Below, piece after piece: positions 43,751-58,979 of a DNA stretch of 64,000 nucleotides. The stretch's first letter is position 1, and each line of letters opens with the position of its first letter. Origin of the DNA: the human T2T-CHM13v2.0 reference genome, Homo sapiens. The position numbers and the translations under genes are program-made. The DNA is taken from NCBI RefSeq assembly GCF_009914755.1, contig NC_060947.1; one strand, given 5' to 3'. The notes under the pieces are model-generated. The model did no database searches. It was given only the letters and a program-made list of their open reading frames with translations, and had not been told where the DNA came from.

Positions 43751-44938
43751 TCAAAGGCATTTCCTTTAGCAATTCACTTTTACAAAGCATCTGCCTTAGT
43801 TGTTCTGGAAATACCAACTCTCTTTTCACATTTATTTAATTAATTTACAACTGTTCAATTAAATTACATAATTTCAATTATTGGTGCAACTAGCATAAAT
43901 GGACTGAGAACAAACATAGGTGCCTTTAAGTCCACTACAACTCAGCTGATGGGAGCAGCTATGAGCAGGCAGACCAGGGAGGAGCGGATCATCCTGGGTG
44001 TTCAAGCACCTTCCTCAAAGTATTCACCATAGAATGAAGAGCACTGGGCAATTCGGTTAGTTGGATAAATGGAGGTCAATTATGAGGCCTGCTGGTGCAC
44101 ATTTGTGTTTCCCCGCCTTTACTGCAAGATCCAGAGCCCGTTTCAAACTGCTTAATATCACCCAAAACCAGAGCACAGAAGTTTGTGCTCAAAACATTAG
44201 CACAAACTAAGCGTGAATCATTAGTTATTTAAATGAATTCAAAACATTTTACTGCCTTTGTAAGCCAGTTCATTTCACTAAACACAAACAAATGTTTTTA
44301 GATTTCTAAATATTTTCTAAGCACCAACAGTATACTTGATATCAGGCCTTCTAGGGGACTAGAATTCAAGCTGATAAACTGTACCAAGCTACAAGGATAC
44401 AGGATGTAAACTTTTCTATCCTTTTGATCTCTGCATTAATGTGTAAAGTAATTTCCAGCACAGCTGCAGGGAAGAGATTTGGTACTAGTATCTGTGGGAT
44501 CTACTGGTTTTCTGACAATATATTTTTTATTTTCTTTTGACTTTTTTTTTTTTATCATATGATGCACAGATTCCAGCTGTGGGCTGGTCAGAGAACTTTT
44601 TGCCTTAGCAAAAGATTGTTGTCAAAGGTCTCTCCCTCTATTGCACACTTTTTAAAATTACTATTCAATAGTCAGTTTAGAAGGCTCTTCATTGTTGGAA
44701 AAAGCAAATATATTAAAAATTAAGAAGATCCTTGAAAAGCATAAAGTGAGTACTTTCAGATGAGTCTCAAATGAATACTTTCTTTGAATAAGAAAATGAG
44801 AATTCTACTAGTCTTATTTTAGCTCTGTTAACTCTTTTTCTTCAGGGTGTCATTAGAGGACAATTACATAGCCTCACAATACTTACCTTTACCTTTAAAA
44901 TGACTGACTTACTTTGACAACTAGTTAAACATCCAGCA

Positions 44939-45248
44939 TTTTCTTTTTTTTTTTTTTCTTTTTTTTAGACAAGAGTCCCGCTCTGTTGCCTAGGCTGGAA
45001 TGCAGTGGCACAGTCTCGGATCACTGAAACTCTGCTCTCCGGGTTCAAGTGATTCTCCTGCCTCGGCCTCCCGTGTAGCTGGAATTACAGGCGTGCATCA
45101 CCACACCCGGCTAATTTTTGTATTTTTACTGGAGACAGGGGTTTCACCATGTTGGCCAGGCTGGTCTCAAACTCCCAGCCTCAAGTGATCTGCCTGCCTC
45201 AGCCTCCCAAAGTGCTGGGATTACAGGCGTGAACCACCATGCCCGGCT
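44939..45248 (-). mobile_element. Alu (AluSx-like)
   Basis: Full dimer. TSD agcattttct. Confidence 0.94.
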
Positions 45249-48200
45249 GTGGAGCATTTTCTAATGTTCAAAACTCCACCTGTTTGTAGTCAAACTAAAT
45301 TTATCAATGTCTTTTAAGCACTTCCTGTAATCAGTTAATATTTTAATAGCCCTCCTAAATTTCCATTTTATGCAGTCTCCTCAGATTATTTCCTCAACCC
45401 AAGTTGCAGCCCATTTATTCCAGCCCGATACACCAAGTATATATATATTCATTACATCTACTTCAACTGAACATGTTTGACATTTCGAAAAAGACAATTC
45501 CTTGCTTATCACTTCCTGCCATCTGTGGTTCGTTGGTGCCAACCTAGTTTTATAAGCAAGACAAAATTGAGGCAGTGAAGTCAGAAAACATTTTCTGGAT
45601 TTTCTCTATTGATTTTATAAGTCAGTACATATTCAAGAGCTATTTCTGTTTCGTCATTTCTTTTTCCCTGATGATTTGTTCTTGCCCTTTTGTTTTTCTC
45701 ATTAACCGCCCCCCCATTAGGGTGTTGGTAGGAGGAAGGGAAGGAGATAAAATTCAAATGAGGTCATTTAGCCAGCCACTCACTGGTTAAAGCACAGTCC
45801 CAAGAGGCCAGTTGTGTGAGCTGGATTCTCTTCACAGTCCAGTTTATTCTAGACAGATGCAACTTTGCTCCAAGGCTACAGACCCATCCCTTGCCAGATG
45901 TTTTGCACTGTGGCCCATGGTCACGAGGGGGGACCAGGTCAGTAAATAGAAATGACTCAGGAAAATCCTGCCTCATCTCAAGAAAAACAAGTGGATGTGT
46001 GGGTCATTCTTACCCCGAGAACTGCAGAGCATTTCACTTGTTAACTTCTCAGGCTAAAGGTCTGTCAGGAAACAAGGCTCTAACTACTGCTTAAAACAGG
46101 TTTTGGCAATTACTCGTTAATTTCTTTCCCCTTCATTCCCTGCAATTCATTTAAACCAAAATCAACTGTCACCTTTGGTAGAGCCCACAGGCTAAGAAAA
46201 ATTTTCACTATTATAAATGGTTGAAACAAACTTAAAAAAAGTCTTTCATGACACATGAAAAAACATGAAATTCACATTTCAGTGACCATAAATGAAGTTT
46301 TATTGGAATAGCCACCCAATTTGTTTATGTATCATCTGTGGCCGCTTCTGTGAGACACGGGCAGGGCTAAGTAGTTGCAACTGAGACTATATGCCTTGCA
46401 AAGATGAAAATATTTGTGATCTGTCCTTTTACAGAAAGTTTGCTTCTCCCTGCTTTTTCTCATTCTGCACAAACATTTCTGTTATCCTTACCACCTTAAA
46501 ATTCATGTGCTTTCTTCATTTCCATTTGTGTAGATTATTTTGTTGCTCTTGAAATCATAAGTCGGGAGCACTACCTCCATAAAAATGTTTTTTTCTATTT
46601 TTATAAAGCACTATGTTTTTCTCAGGATTTTCAGAAGATCATAAAAACAAATGATATATCATCTCTTCCAGATGGTTAATATAGTTTAAGCTGTGTACAT
46701 ATAAACTTATGATACTACTACAAGACTTTTTTTCACACTTTCTCCAGTGCTAAACTAAATGAATTTTGCTCCTGACCCCTAATTGAAATGCTATTCACTG
46801 AAAAGGGAACTAAGCCCATTTGTACTTTATTAGGAATAAATTCAAAATGCATGAGTTTGCATTACAATTATTTTCCAGAAGAATAATTTCAGGCAATTGA
46901 ACATCCTTTTTGGAGAATACAAGGAATGGTTTAAATAGCTCTGGGTGTGGCCTTCTATCCCTGAGCAGATGTTATCTGTCAGCCAGCTGCCTGGAGCTGG
47001 GAGTGTATTGCCCAAGGAGGTGGCCATGTTAGGGCCCCAGAAAGTGCAGTGCTGGCATCCCTGCAGGAGCGGGTGGAGAGCACCCAGCTGCAGAGGGTCT
47101 CAGAAATGGGGATTCTTGGCCTGTACCCTGAGATGCCCCACCCCATCCACACCACCCATAACCGTCTGTGGGGATGAGGAGGAGAAAACGAGGGGCTGGT
47201 TCTCTGAGCTGTCTCAGAAGTATAACTGGAGATGCATATATTCTGGTACAAGGAATTTATCTGGGAGATGATCTCAGGAAACAACAGTCCAGAGTCAGGA
47301 GAGTTAGACAGAAAAGGGAAGACAGACAACGAAGGGTATGTCATCAAGCACACTCAGGTGGCTTGGCTGTAATCCCACTGGGAAACTAGTAAATGGCTTT
47401 TCACACAGGCTTCAGAGTTATCCTGTCTGATGGGTGAGGTAGCTTCTGGGAATGTTAATTCTCCAGTACTTTCATGCTGCCCTGATTGGTTTCAGAGAAA
47501 AGCCTTCAAGCGAAGTGACACAGATACTGGCTATTATTAGTTGGTCAGTGGGCACTCAGGAAGTAAGGGCCCAGGGGTGTGGGTGGGGTACCAACAGCAT
47601 CTGCTATAGCTGTTTTCTCCCAGTGCTACCAAGAGCCTTTTACGGGAACCCATGGCTGCTTTTAGGAGGATGGGAAGGGGAGGAGGAGACCCAGGCAGGA
47701 ACCAGGCTGCTCTGCAAGCCCCTCTCTCCCACCCGCTCTGTCCCTTCTGCTGCTGGGTTCGCTAAGGGATTTAGACTTGAAAAGACAAGTTAGATGGTGC
47801 TATCTCTGCATTGTCATTGGACAAAAGGTATGGGGTGAAGCGTGGAGAGCAGGATTGAGGAGACCTTGATTCTGGTCCCACATCCACCAATGCGTAACCC
47901 TGGTAAGTTAAACAACTTTCTTAGATTTCACGTTCCTCATCTATAAAATGAGCATTGGTTAGGTCTCAAACATCTTTTCTTGATTAGACTCAACAAGCAA
48001 CATATATACAACCCTCGGAAGAAGAGAAAAAAGCCACTTTTGAGTTTTCTCAGAGGAAACTAGCATTGCAAATTCACCTCCTTCCATTTCCTTCTCCCAG
48101 GAGATAGGCAGATTCCTGCTCCCCTTGGAGTCCACTGTAGCTCCATCCCTTTATCAGTATGGAGGTTGCCAACGTCTTAGCGAGGTATCAAAACACATAA

Positions 48201-48453
48201 TGGTGCCTGGACTTTCATCTGTGCACAGGATGTGTCATGACTGGTGTTCATATTCTCTTCCCTCACTGAATGTTCTGTAAGCTGAAAGGCACCCTGCCCT
48301 GGGCATACCTGTGCTGGGATATAGAGAGGGCTAGTGTAGGAGAGAAGGTGGCATAGTATTCAATTACATAAAATGGTGTCATCCTACCTTTTCTCCCTTC
48401 AGTAGTTTAAATTAAATTGCAATTGAGCCCTAAGTGACACAGCCATAACTTAC

Positions 48454-48498
48454 CAATATACACATCTCCAGATATCGTGTAAATGAAGCTTGTCCACC
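48454..48498 (-). CDS. PIR: Pirin exon 7
   Basis: ctttccag|GG TGG... translates (G)WTSFIYTISGDVYI(G), then G|gtaagt. 45 nt, phase 1 to 1. Upstream PIR exons were not found in the window and presumably lie beyond 64000. Confidence 0.96.
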
Positions 48499-48900
48499 CT
48501 GGAAAGGACCAGCAACATTAACATGTTAGTGTCCATAATGCCAAAAGGAACAAAGACATATACGTATTACAAACACAAAGATAAATTTGGAGACGAAATC
48601 CTTTTTTTCCCTTTAGATAGACATTTTAAGATTTAAGTTCTGTGAACTGTTTAAAATATACACTGACACTCATTCTCTTTCTCACACACAAACACAGACA
48701 TACCCCTAAACCTAAATGACTTGGTCCCAAATATTTAAGAAGCACCCAAAGTACAGTGTACAATTCACTTGGCTGTGTATCTATAGGCTACAAGCTGTAT
48801 TACCAAACAAACTATTCCTTCCAGTTGTAATGTTATGATAGTAACTGCAACACTCCAGTCTGGCTTTATCTTCCATTTGTTGTGCCTCCAGTGTGTCTGA

Positions 48901-49203
<303 letters not shown>

Positions 49204-50008
49204 TGCTTTTTTGTACTTAGTTGCATTCTAGTTCCAGTGCATTCTAGTTGCATTCTGGTTCCAGTGAACTCCTTCTTTTATTCTATCCTAACAGAATATG
49301 CATCAGTTCCAGGGATGCAGGAATATATAATCTTAGGGATATAAATGGGCTCCAGGATGGCCTGTGAACTCCCTGGAATTGTTCACAGTTTTTCAAGTGT
49401 GTACACTTTTCTGGAAAGAGAGTATATAGAATTCACCAGATTCCTACCATGACCCATGGGGCCAAGAAATCAAAATCACTCACAATAGGCTATTTGCACT
49501 CTCAGCACCAACACTTGATTTTCATAGATGTTTATATATTGTACCCATGGCTCAGAAGAGATGCTGTGTTTCCACTGAGAGATATGAACCTAGAAAAGGC
49601 ACAGTCGAAATGGAATCATGATATCCCTCCATGTGCCTTCAGTGGAAAAGGAGATCTGGAAAGAGAATGCAGGGCACAGTTCAATGCTGGAAGGACAGAG
49701 CCCACACTGGAGTCTCTGGAGGAGTCAGCGTGATGACAGGGTAAACAAAGGCGAGTGCAGAAGGAGCAAGGAGGCCAAAATATGTTCCAAAGATATGACT
49801 GTCATGGCAGATGGCTTGAAACGTTCAACTGGATACAAAAGAAAAGCTATAACTGAGAAAACATAAATTAAGTCTCACTAAGAAAATCTGAAGGATGGCA
49901 AAACAAACACACATGAGCAAGTGCCAGAGAATATTTTCCCATCCCCCTATTTCACAGTTTTTCCTCTCTGAGATTTTACTAGAATGAGTTTAAGCTCTCT
50001 AAAAGTAA

Positions 50009-50330
<322 letters not shown>

Positions 50331-50923
50331 TTTTTCTCCCATCTTAACCCACTCATATTTAGTCTTCCGAGCTTTGTCTACCATCATTTACTGAACATCT
50401 ACCATGGGCATGTACTTGAGAGGAAGATACAAAAATGAATAAGGCATAGCCGGGGTGTGCAAATTGTGCACCTTTGGCGGGGGGAGGTCCATGGTAGATG
50501 CTGAAAACACACACTAATAATTTACAGCCAGATCCCATGTCTTATCTGGATGGGCTGGCTCTGCTGGAGCACTTCTTTCTTTGTTTTCTAATGAATGCTG
50601 AGCTTTTCTACTTCTATTTAGCCTGACTTGTAATCATACTCTACAACCAAACCCCTTTCTTCTCTGCTTTTTCAAAAGTTTCGCCACAATTGTTTTTCTT
50701 TTTCAGAGCACCAATAGCTTCATTTTTTCTGATTATAAAAAAACACATTAATTTAAAAATATTTTAAGAATATGAAAGTGTGGGACATCTAAACTGAAAA
50801 TCTTTCTGCAATCTTCATTCCTACCCTGACATAAATATTGTTAGCAATTTGGTATCTGTGCTTTCAGTTTTTTTTTTCTTTTATGCACTATAAGTTATTT
50901 CCTTAAAAACTAGAACTAACTCA

Positions 50924-51259
<336 letters not shown>

Positions 51260-52759
51260 CTATTTTGGATACCTTTCCATGTCAAAACATAGAGAAGTAA
51301 CTCATCCTTGGGAAAAACTGCATGCATTCCATTGTAAGGACATGTCATAATTTATACAACGAATCCTCTATTCACGGTTTAAAGGTATTAAAAAGTGGTT
51401 ACCACATTTGACAAAACCTCAAAACTCTCAATAGTTCAACCAGGCTTTTATTTGAGTTCATTTTGATTGTTCTAATCTCATTTCTCCTCCACCTGCTTTG
51501 CTTCCTGTTCACCCTTCAAGCAGAAATCTAGTCCACAAATAATTGCCTAGATCTGTTTTTTTTCCTTTTTTATCTTTTTACATGATCTGGAAGGACCAAA
51601 CATTTGCTTAAAGGAATGGCCTAAGTCAATTTACTAAGTGTGTTCATATATTTTTACTCCTTGTAAAAGTCTTCTGCTAGGATATAGTGTCCATCTTTGC
51701 CAGTAATAACACAACTCATGTTGCTGATTGGAAAGCACAGAGTGTTAGAGGGCATGGAATAGAAATGAAGGCAATTTACTTTTTTCTTTCTTTTTAGCAT
51801 GATGCCCATCTGCACTTGCTTCTGTTAATTTGTTTAATTTCCACTAAGCTTTGTTTCTTCAGCTTGCTGCAAAAGAAAACAAATGCCAAATTTCATGAAT
51901 GCTTACTATATGTTTAACAACAGCCACAGAAGAGATCTCTTGTCAGATTTTCAGGTCCTTCTCATCTTTCTTTCTTCCCTCACCTCTCCTCCCACTTTTA
52001 TGTCCTGCACCAAGAATTGATGTCATCCCCCAATTTTTATTGCTTTGTCAGAGTTCACACCCTGCTACATTTTCCTTTCTCCTACAAATATGGTCTGCAA
52101 GCTACTGTCTCTTTGCAGCTGAAAAGCTCTTCCCTTCCCTTGGGCAGTGATGAATAAAATGAGCTGGGAGGGAGGTCACATTTTCGTTCTGGCCTCCTAG
52201 GACAGTTAAGTCAGCAACGCATTTTAAGTCAGACCTCCTTTAGCCAAACATTAAAAACCCAAAACTTTTAAAAAATATGTAAATCATTTTCTGTGGCAGT
52301 TGCTCTCATTTCCAGAGAGGCTCCTAATTCTTGCAAACGTCCCTAGTGAGAGCTTTCCTCAGCCTACATTCCTTGCCTTAACCCGGGTCATTTTCCTTCT
52401 GCCTCAGTCTTGGAGTTCATTATTCCAATGAACTTACAAGTATTCCTTACACCTGTATGTGCAGAAAAAATAGAAAAACATGGCCTGGTGACACACCAAC
52501 ACCATTAACAGAGATAAGGGCAACTGGGCTAAGGAGAGATTGCAACCCTTCACAAACTCTGGATCACATAATTGCCAGACCGCAAAGCAACCCTGGTCCC
52601 TAAGATCCTCCTCCCATACCCGCAACCTCCCCCCCGCCACCGGAAGTCCCCACATCAGCTTTGGCAGGTAACTCCTTCATCTAGGACCTCAACCCTGGCC
52701 TCCTAGGACAAGAGGCAGACCTGCCTGGTTCTTCCCTCCCGCTCCTCCTTCCACCAAAT

Positions 52760-53310
52760 TCTTTTTAATTTTTATTTTAAAATAATTTCAGACATATCAA
52801 AAAGTTGCAAAAATACTACAGAGAATTATTGTACACCATTCACCTAGATTCCCCCAAAGCTAACATGTTAACATATATGCTTTATCATTCTTCTTGCTAT
52901 AAATATATGTCATTCTTTTTTTTTCTGAACTATTTGAGAGTAATTTGCAGACATGTGGCCCCTTTACCTTGAAATAATTTTCAGTATGTATTTCCTAAAA
53001 ACAAAGATATTTTCTTACAAAAGTATAGTGCACTTATGGAAATTATGAAATTAACATTGATACAATGCTACTATCTATGTACGGATATTCAAATTGTGTC
53101 AGTCATCTGAGTAATGCTTTTTATGGAAAAGGAGAAATAAATTTCTAGGCCAGGACCCAACCTGCGATCACACGCTGCACTTAGTTGTCATGTCTAATCT
53201 TCTTTCATTTGAAACAGTTCCTCAGTCTTTTTCTTTCATTAAAAGTACAGACCAGTTATTTTATAGAATGCCTCTCAGTTTGGGTTTATTTGATGTTTCT
53301 TCGTTAGACT
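52760..53310 (-). mobile_element. Old L1M (L1MC-like) 3' end
   Basis: tttttattttaaaataatttcagacatatcaaaaagttgcaaaaatactacagag...cacctagattcccc is the typical reversed old-L1 terminus. Confidence 0.7.
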
Positions 53311-56069
53311 GAATTGTTTGCTAATCCCTGTCCCTCCCAGATTTAGAGAATTTTCATTTATTTTCAATACTTTAATTTTTAATTCAGAAGAGCACAAAGG
53401 ATGAAATAATGAACATATATGTTTGCCATACTTATTTCATATCTATCTTTTCTTTAAGATAAAAACCATACAGGTGAAAAAAAGTCCCCTAACTGGTTGC
53501 TGCCAATCCATTTTCTACACGCGTAAATTGCACCTTTTTAGAATCTCCACTTAAAATCCTTCAATGGCTCCCTGTTCTCCCAGGACAAGCCCAAACTTCT
53601 GACAGACAAACTCTTCTCAATATGGTCCTACATTTCTCCAGTATCATGGCCTCTCTGCCTGCCCCGCCTCCATATTTAATTCTATCCATGCAGCTCTCTC
53701 TTGGGGAGTGGGGAAACAAAGCGCAGCAGCAAACCTTAAAGGAGGCTTTGTGGAGAACCACGGAAAACAAACCAACTAAGCAACCATGAAACAGCAACAA
53801 AAATGAGCACACACCATTACAGGCAGAAAGTTCCTGTTTCAACATCAGTGCATCACCCTCAGGAAGATCTAGGACCAGACTCTTCATCTCTTCAAGCCTC
53901 TTTGCTGGTTTGTAAAATAAGGAATGAATACGTATAACACAGAGCTGTTGTGATGAACACAGTCTAATGAGGAAACATCAAACATACTGTTTCTATTGTA
54001 TGTCTGTATAAACATATATAAATGTCCTTATACATCTGTACATACATATGTGTGTTATATGTTTTTAATCTTCTCTACACAATGCCAGGCACTTAGGAGG
54101 TATTTAACAAATATCAGTTCATTTTCCTGCCCCTTTCTTCTTTTTCCACTTTCCTTCAAATCTGTGCATGTGGAGACGTTACACAATTCTGATGAGGCTG
54201 TGACCCAGGCCAGAGAAGGGTCATTGCTATGGAGATGGCCCTAAGCTCCCTGCTGCACCCACCTCACACCAAGCCAATTAGTCTCTTCGACTGCGGAGCA
54301 AAGCTCAGCAGGGTCATCATTTCCCAAAAGAAGTCTACATTTTTGCGACGTCTCCCAAAACGTCCTCATCAAGAACCTCACGGCATTAAGGATGCTGTCT
54401 GTGTCCCACCAAACACTGCAGACTAGAATTGGTGACATAAGTTGGGTTGTCTGATCATACAGCAAGTGACAGCTCACCGTAAGATCTACTAGCTTGCCAA
54501 GAATAGGCATTTAACCCCCATCTTATAACTGAATATAAACAGCAAGATAAAGAAATGTCAACTTTGTAACTCCACAATCTGAGAGATAGGTTATTACCTG
54601 AACTTGTGAGAATTCCATTGGAAAAAAATGAGAATGCCCGTTTTACCAAATTTGATGAGTGACACCAATAATAAAATGCCAAACTATATAACAAAATGGT
54701 ATACACATCAAAACACTTGAGACAGTTAGTTTTCCAGAATAAAATAGACTCAGAATGCACTTTATACATTACAGAACGATCATACTACAGGCTGTTTATA
54801 AGCCATGGGCATATAACATTAAGAGCCATCCCTCAGGATCCCGTATTTTAAGTAAGCACAATTGCAGCCTATAGGAGAACCCTGTCTTATGGTTTGGTCC
54901 ACATTCATAATACTGAACACTCATTGCATCAGAAGCTAACAGGAAAGCTAAGAAATAAATGAAATTTAACATTTTGAATGAGAAATATATAAGCAATATA
55001 AGCTCTTTAGAATGTAAACTCAGAATACAGCCTTCTGCATGCCCAGAATGAAGCCTAGCCCGCTGGAGGGCAAACCCTGCTGATTATTTTCTTGCTAATA
55101 CAATAGTACTACAAATGTATTAGAATGCCCTAGAAGCTTATTAGAATGCCCTAGAAGCTTATCCTGTTCTTTAAAAAAAGTTTAAAATCGACACATAATA
55201 ATTGTATCCTGCTCTTTAGAGACTAAGTGCACAATGATGCATTGAGGTTTTCTCATCAAGACATTTAATAAAGTTTTTAACTAAAGTAATATATGCTACT
55301 ACTATTTCTTGGTTTTATTTGAACAGAACTTGTCTCCTCTTCAGACACACAGTATTCACAACTGATTTTTAATTGCTCAGAAAAAAAATCAGAAAATAAT
55401 TCAAATAATGTAGACATAATCATAAAATTCTATTTTAGCACTCTAAAACAGAAACTAGTTTAGGCATTCGAACTTAGATTGAAGCCACGTTTATAGACTA
55501 TTAAGATCTGAAATATACAGAACTTTAAGGATTAAATACATGTTCAAAAAATAATAGAAACCTGAAATTAGCAGGGAAAGTCATAAATAACCCTAAGATT
55601 ACTTCAGGATGTATTTGGACACCTAACTGTTTTTAAGAGAAAGAGGCCTTTTTTCAAAATTACAGACAGAGTCTCACTTTGTTGCCTAGGCTTGTCTCGA
55701 ACTCCTGGCCTCAGTCCCCCAAAGTGTGTGGATTACAAGTGTGAGCCACCATGCCCAGCCTGAGAAAAATATTTTTTAAAAGCCCCTGTAAAATATGAAA
55801 AAAAATACACCCCTGCCAAAATTGAAACATATTTAAATTCTTAGAATAGGTTTTTAGTTTACATTGATCATCAATTTAACCTGTTTTCTCCTAAAGGTGA
55901 CATAACAGAAAAACACAACACAATGAGATGATATTACTCATTTAAAATTTTCAAGAATAGTCGTTTTTCTAACCTATGTGCGAAATCTTGGATTTATTTA
56001 CCAATATGCCCAAGACACTACTAATAGAGTACTGTTCACTAAAGGTCCATGTTTTTGTTTGGTGCAGGA

Positions 56070-56320
56070 CAAGATGGCAGTTAAGAGTCCTAGCAGAAAC
56101 TCAGTCCCATTACTCACTAACTAATTGATATTGAGTAAGTTACTTAATCTCTTTGTACCTCAGTTTCCTCATCTGAAAAATGAGGTAATCATAATCCTTA
56201 CCTCACAGGGTCGTGAGGATTACAGGTGTTAATTCTTAGGATAGGGAAGGTTCTTAGAGCAGTTTCTGGCAAAGAGTAGGCATTTAATAAATGTTAGCTA
56301 TAATGATTGTTATTACTATA
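56070..56320. mobile_element. MIR SINE
   Basis: agtaagttacttaatctctttgtacctcagtttcctcatctgaaaaatgagg...taataaatgttagcta. Confidence 0.8.
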
Positions 56321-56456
56321 TGATGATTCAGTGAACTGTGAACCCCTTAAAATGTTCATGGCATTCCCCATCATGGATTTTTGCCATTTTTTCCTCTGTT
56401 TCAAACCATGTTTTAAAAAATGTAATTGTATCTTACCATACATGAAAACCAATTTC

Positions 56457-56735
56457 ATCAAAGGATACAAAATTTCAGTTAAATAGTAGAAATAAGTTCA
56501 AGAGATCTATTGTACAACATGGTGACTACAGTTAATAACAATGTATTGTATTCTTGAAAAATGCTAAGAGAGGGAATATAAAGTGTTCTTATCACAAAAA
56601 TGATAACTATGTGAGGTAATGTATGTTAATTAGTTAAATTCAGTCATTCCACAGTGTATAAATACTTCAAAACATCAAGTTGTACAAGATAAATACGTAC
56701 AATTTTATCAGTCAATTTAAAAAACAATTAAAAAA
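56457..56735 (+). mobile_element. L1MA/MB 3' end
   Basis: caaaggatacaaaatttcagtt...aataagttcaagagatctattgtacaacatggtgactacagttaataac. Confidence 0.85.
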
Positions 56736-57504
56736 ACCATTCCAGGTGAAATAAATGTATCAATATGAAAGGCAAAACAACAAAGCACTTATAGTAGAGA
56801 GTACATTTTTATGATCTTGAGTTAGGGAAAGATGATTAAAGAAGCCACAGAAAGCACTAATCATTAAGGAGCCAATTGATACATTTAAGGCATTTTTACT
56901 TATTAAAATAGAGAAACATAGTATAGAAAGGTTAAAAAAAAAAGCAGGAAAGACATTTGCAACACAAATAACTGACAATGACTAGTATTCAGAATATATA
57001 AAGAGCTCTTACAAATCGATATGAAAAAGACAACCCAGTCAAAGGAAAATGATGTTAAACTTCTTCCTGAATAATTTGATATTTCAGGCTCTGATTCACG
57101 TTAATCACTGTTCTGAAGACCTATAGATTTACATCCATAACTGTTATGTATATATTCTAAGTATGAAGGGAACTGTGATTGAATAGTCTAATGTACTGCT
57201 GGGAAGTAGAGAGCTCTGCAAAAAAATTACTCATGAATTAAATCGGCTTTTGCGTTCTATGAAAAGACTCAAAATGTAAAATTCTACATGAATCATTCAT
57301 GTTTGGGGCATTCTCCTTAAAAGTAGAGAAAGACTATGAAAAAACAGGCAAGAAGCCTGTGGAAAAAATCACTATGCATTTTTCGAGGTTTACTCCAGTC
57401 ATTTTTAAAAGTCACAAATGAGAGAGAGAAAAAAAATCACTACTTGTTTTCGAGTCATTGACCATATGGAAAAATGTGTGGTACTTTCAACCAAGATCAT
57501 AAGT

Positions 57505-58336
57505 GTGGAGGTCGACTCTAAGACGTCTGCCTGATCCTGCCTCCCGTATTGCCCTATGTAATTCCCTCTCTCTGAGTATGGGCTGTGGCTAGAGTCTTGC
57601 GTCTAACCAGTAGAATATAGCAAAACTGATGCAATGTCACTTCTGAGATTAGGTTACATAAAGTCTCTGGCTTCTATCTTGCTCATCTTTGTGCCTTCTG
57701 ATGAAGTCAGAGGCCATGTTGTGAGTTGCCCTATATAGAGCCCCATGTGGCCAAAAACAAGAGAGCAGACTCTAGCCAGCAACCCTTGAGGAACTGAATG
57801 CTGCCAGCAACCACATGAGTGTGAGCTTGGAAGCACATCCTTCCCAGTCAAGCCTTGAGATGACCACAGTCCCAGATGACACTTTATTTATTTATTTTTT
57901 TCTGAGACAGAGTCTAGCTCTGCCACCCAGGCTGGAGTGAAGTGGGTGATCTTGGCTCACTGCAACCTCCACCTCCCAGGTTCAAGCAATTCTCATGCCT
58001 CAGCCAACCCCCGCCCCCCTCCACCCCCAGTAGCTGGGACTATAGGCCCGCACGACCATGCCTGGCTAATTTTTGTATTTTTAGTAGAGATGGGGTTTTG
58101 CCATGTTGGCCAGACTGGTCACAAACTTTTGGCCTTGAGTGATCTGCCCACCTCAGCCTACCAAAGTATTAAGATTACAGGTGTGAGCCGCAGCGCCCAG
58201 CCTCCGGCTGACACTTTGATCGTGGCCTTGTAACAGTACACAGCTAAGTTGAGAGACATTGCAAGACAATACATGTTGTTCTAAGGCACAAAGTTTTGGG
58301 GGTAATTTGTTATGCAGCATATAGATAATTAATACA
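57505..58336 (+). mobile_element. MLT1 LTR interrupted by an antisense Alu (57884-58202)
   Basis: MLT1 motifs on both sides. The Alu is flanked by tgacacttt direct repeats. Confidence 0.82.
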
Positions 58337-58478
58337 ATAAGATTTATTTAAATGTATACTAATGTGACTTACCAAGTAGCTACTGTATGTATGGCATTAA
58401 AATCTACTTTTTAATCAAGGAAGATGTAGCTCCTTTCCTTTTTTTTCCCCATAAACACAGAAGCAAAAATATATTGGT

Positions 58479-58979
58479 GTATCAGTTTCCTATTGCTGCT
58501 ATAACAAATTACTCTAAAACTTAGTGCTTTAAAGTAACAAAAATTTTTATCTTACAGTTCTTGAGGTCAGAAGCCCCAAAATGAGCCTCATAGGTCTAAA
58601 ATCAAGCAGGACTGTATTCTTCCTGGAGGCTGTAGGGGGACATTTGTTTTCTTGCCTTTTTCAACTTCTAGAGGTTGCCACTAATCCTTGGCTTGTGGGC
58701 CCTTCCATTTTCAAAACCAGTAATCACATCACTCTGACCTCTGCTTCTATTGTCACATGTCCTTCTCTCACTCTGACTCCCTGTCTCCCTGTTTCTCTTA
58801 TTTAGATTCTCATTTATGACACGGGGTCCACCTGCATCATCCAGGCTAATCTCCCTATCTCAGCAGCATTAACTTAGTCACATCTGCAAAGTCGTTTTTG
58901 CCATGGAACATAACATATACACAGATTCTGGAAACTGGGACGTGGACATCTTTGGGGGGACATTATTTTGCCTACCACA
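58479..58979 (-). mobile_element. MLT1 (MLT1B/C-like) solo LTR
   Basis: tgtatcagtttcctattgctgctataacaaattac...ggacatctttggggggacattattttgcctaccaca. Confidence 0.87.
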
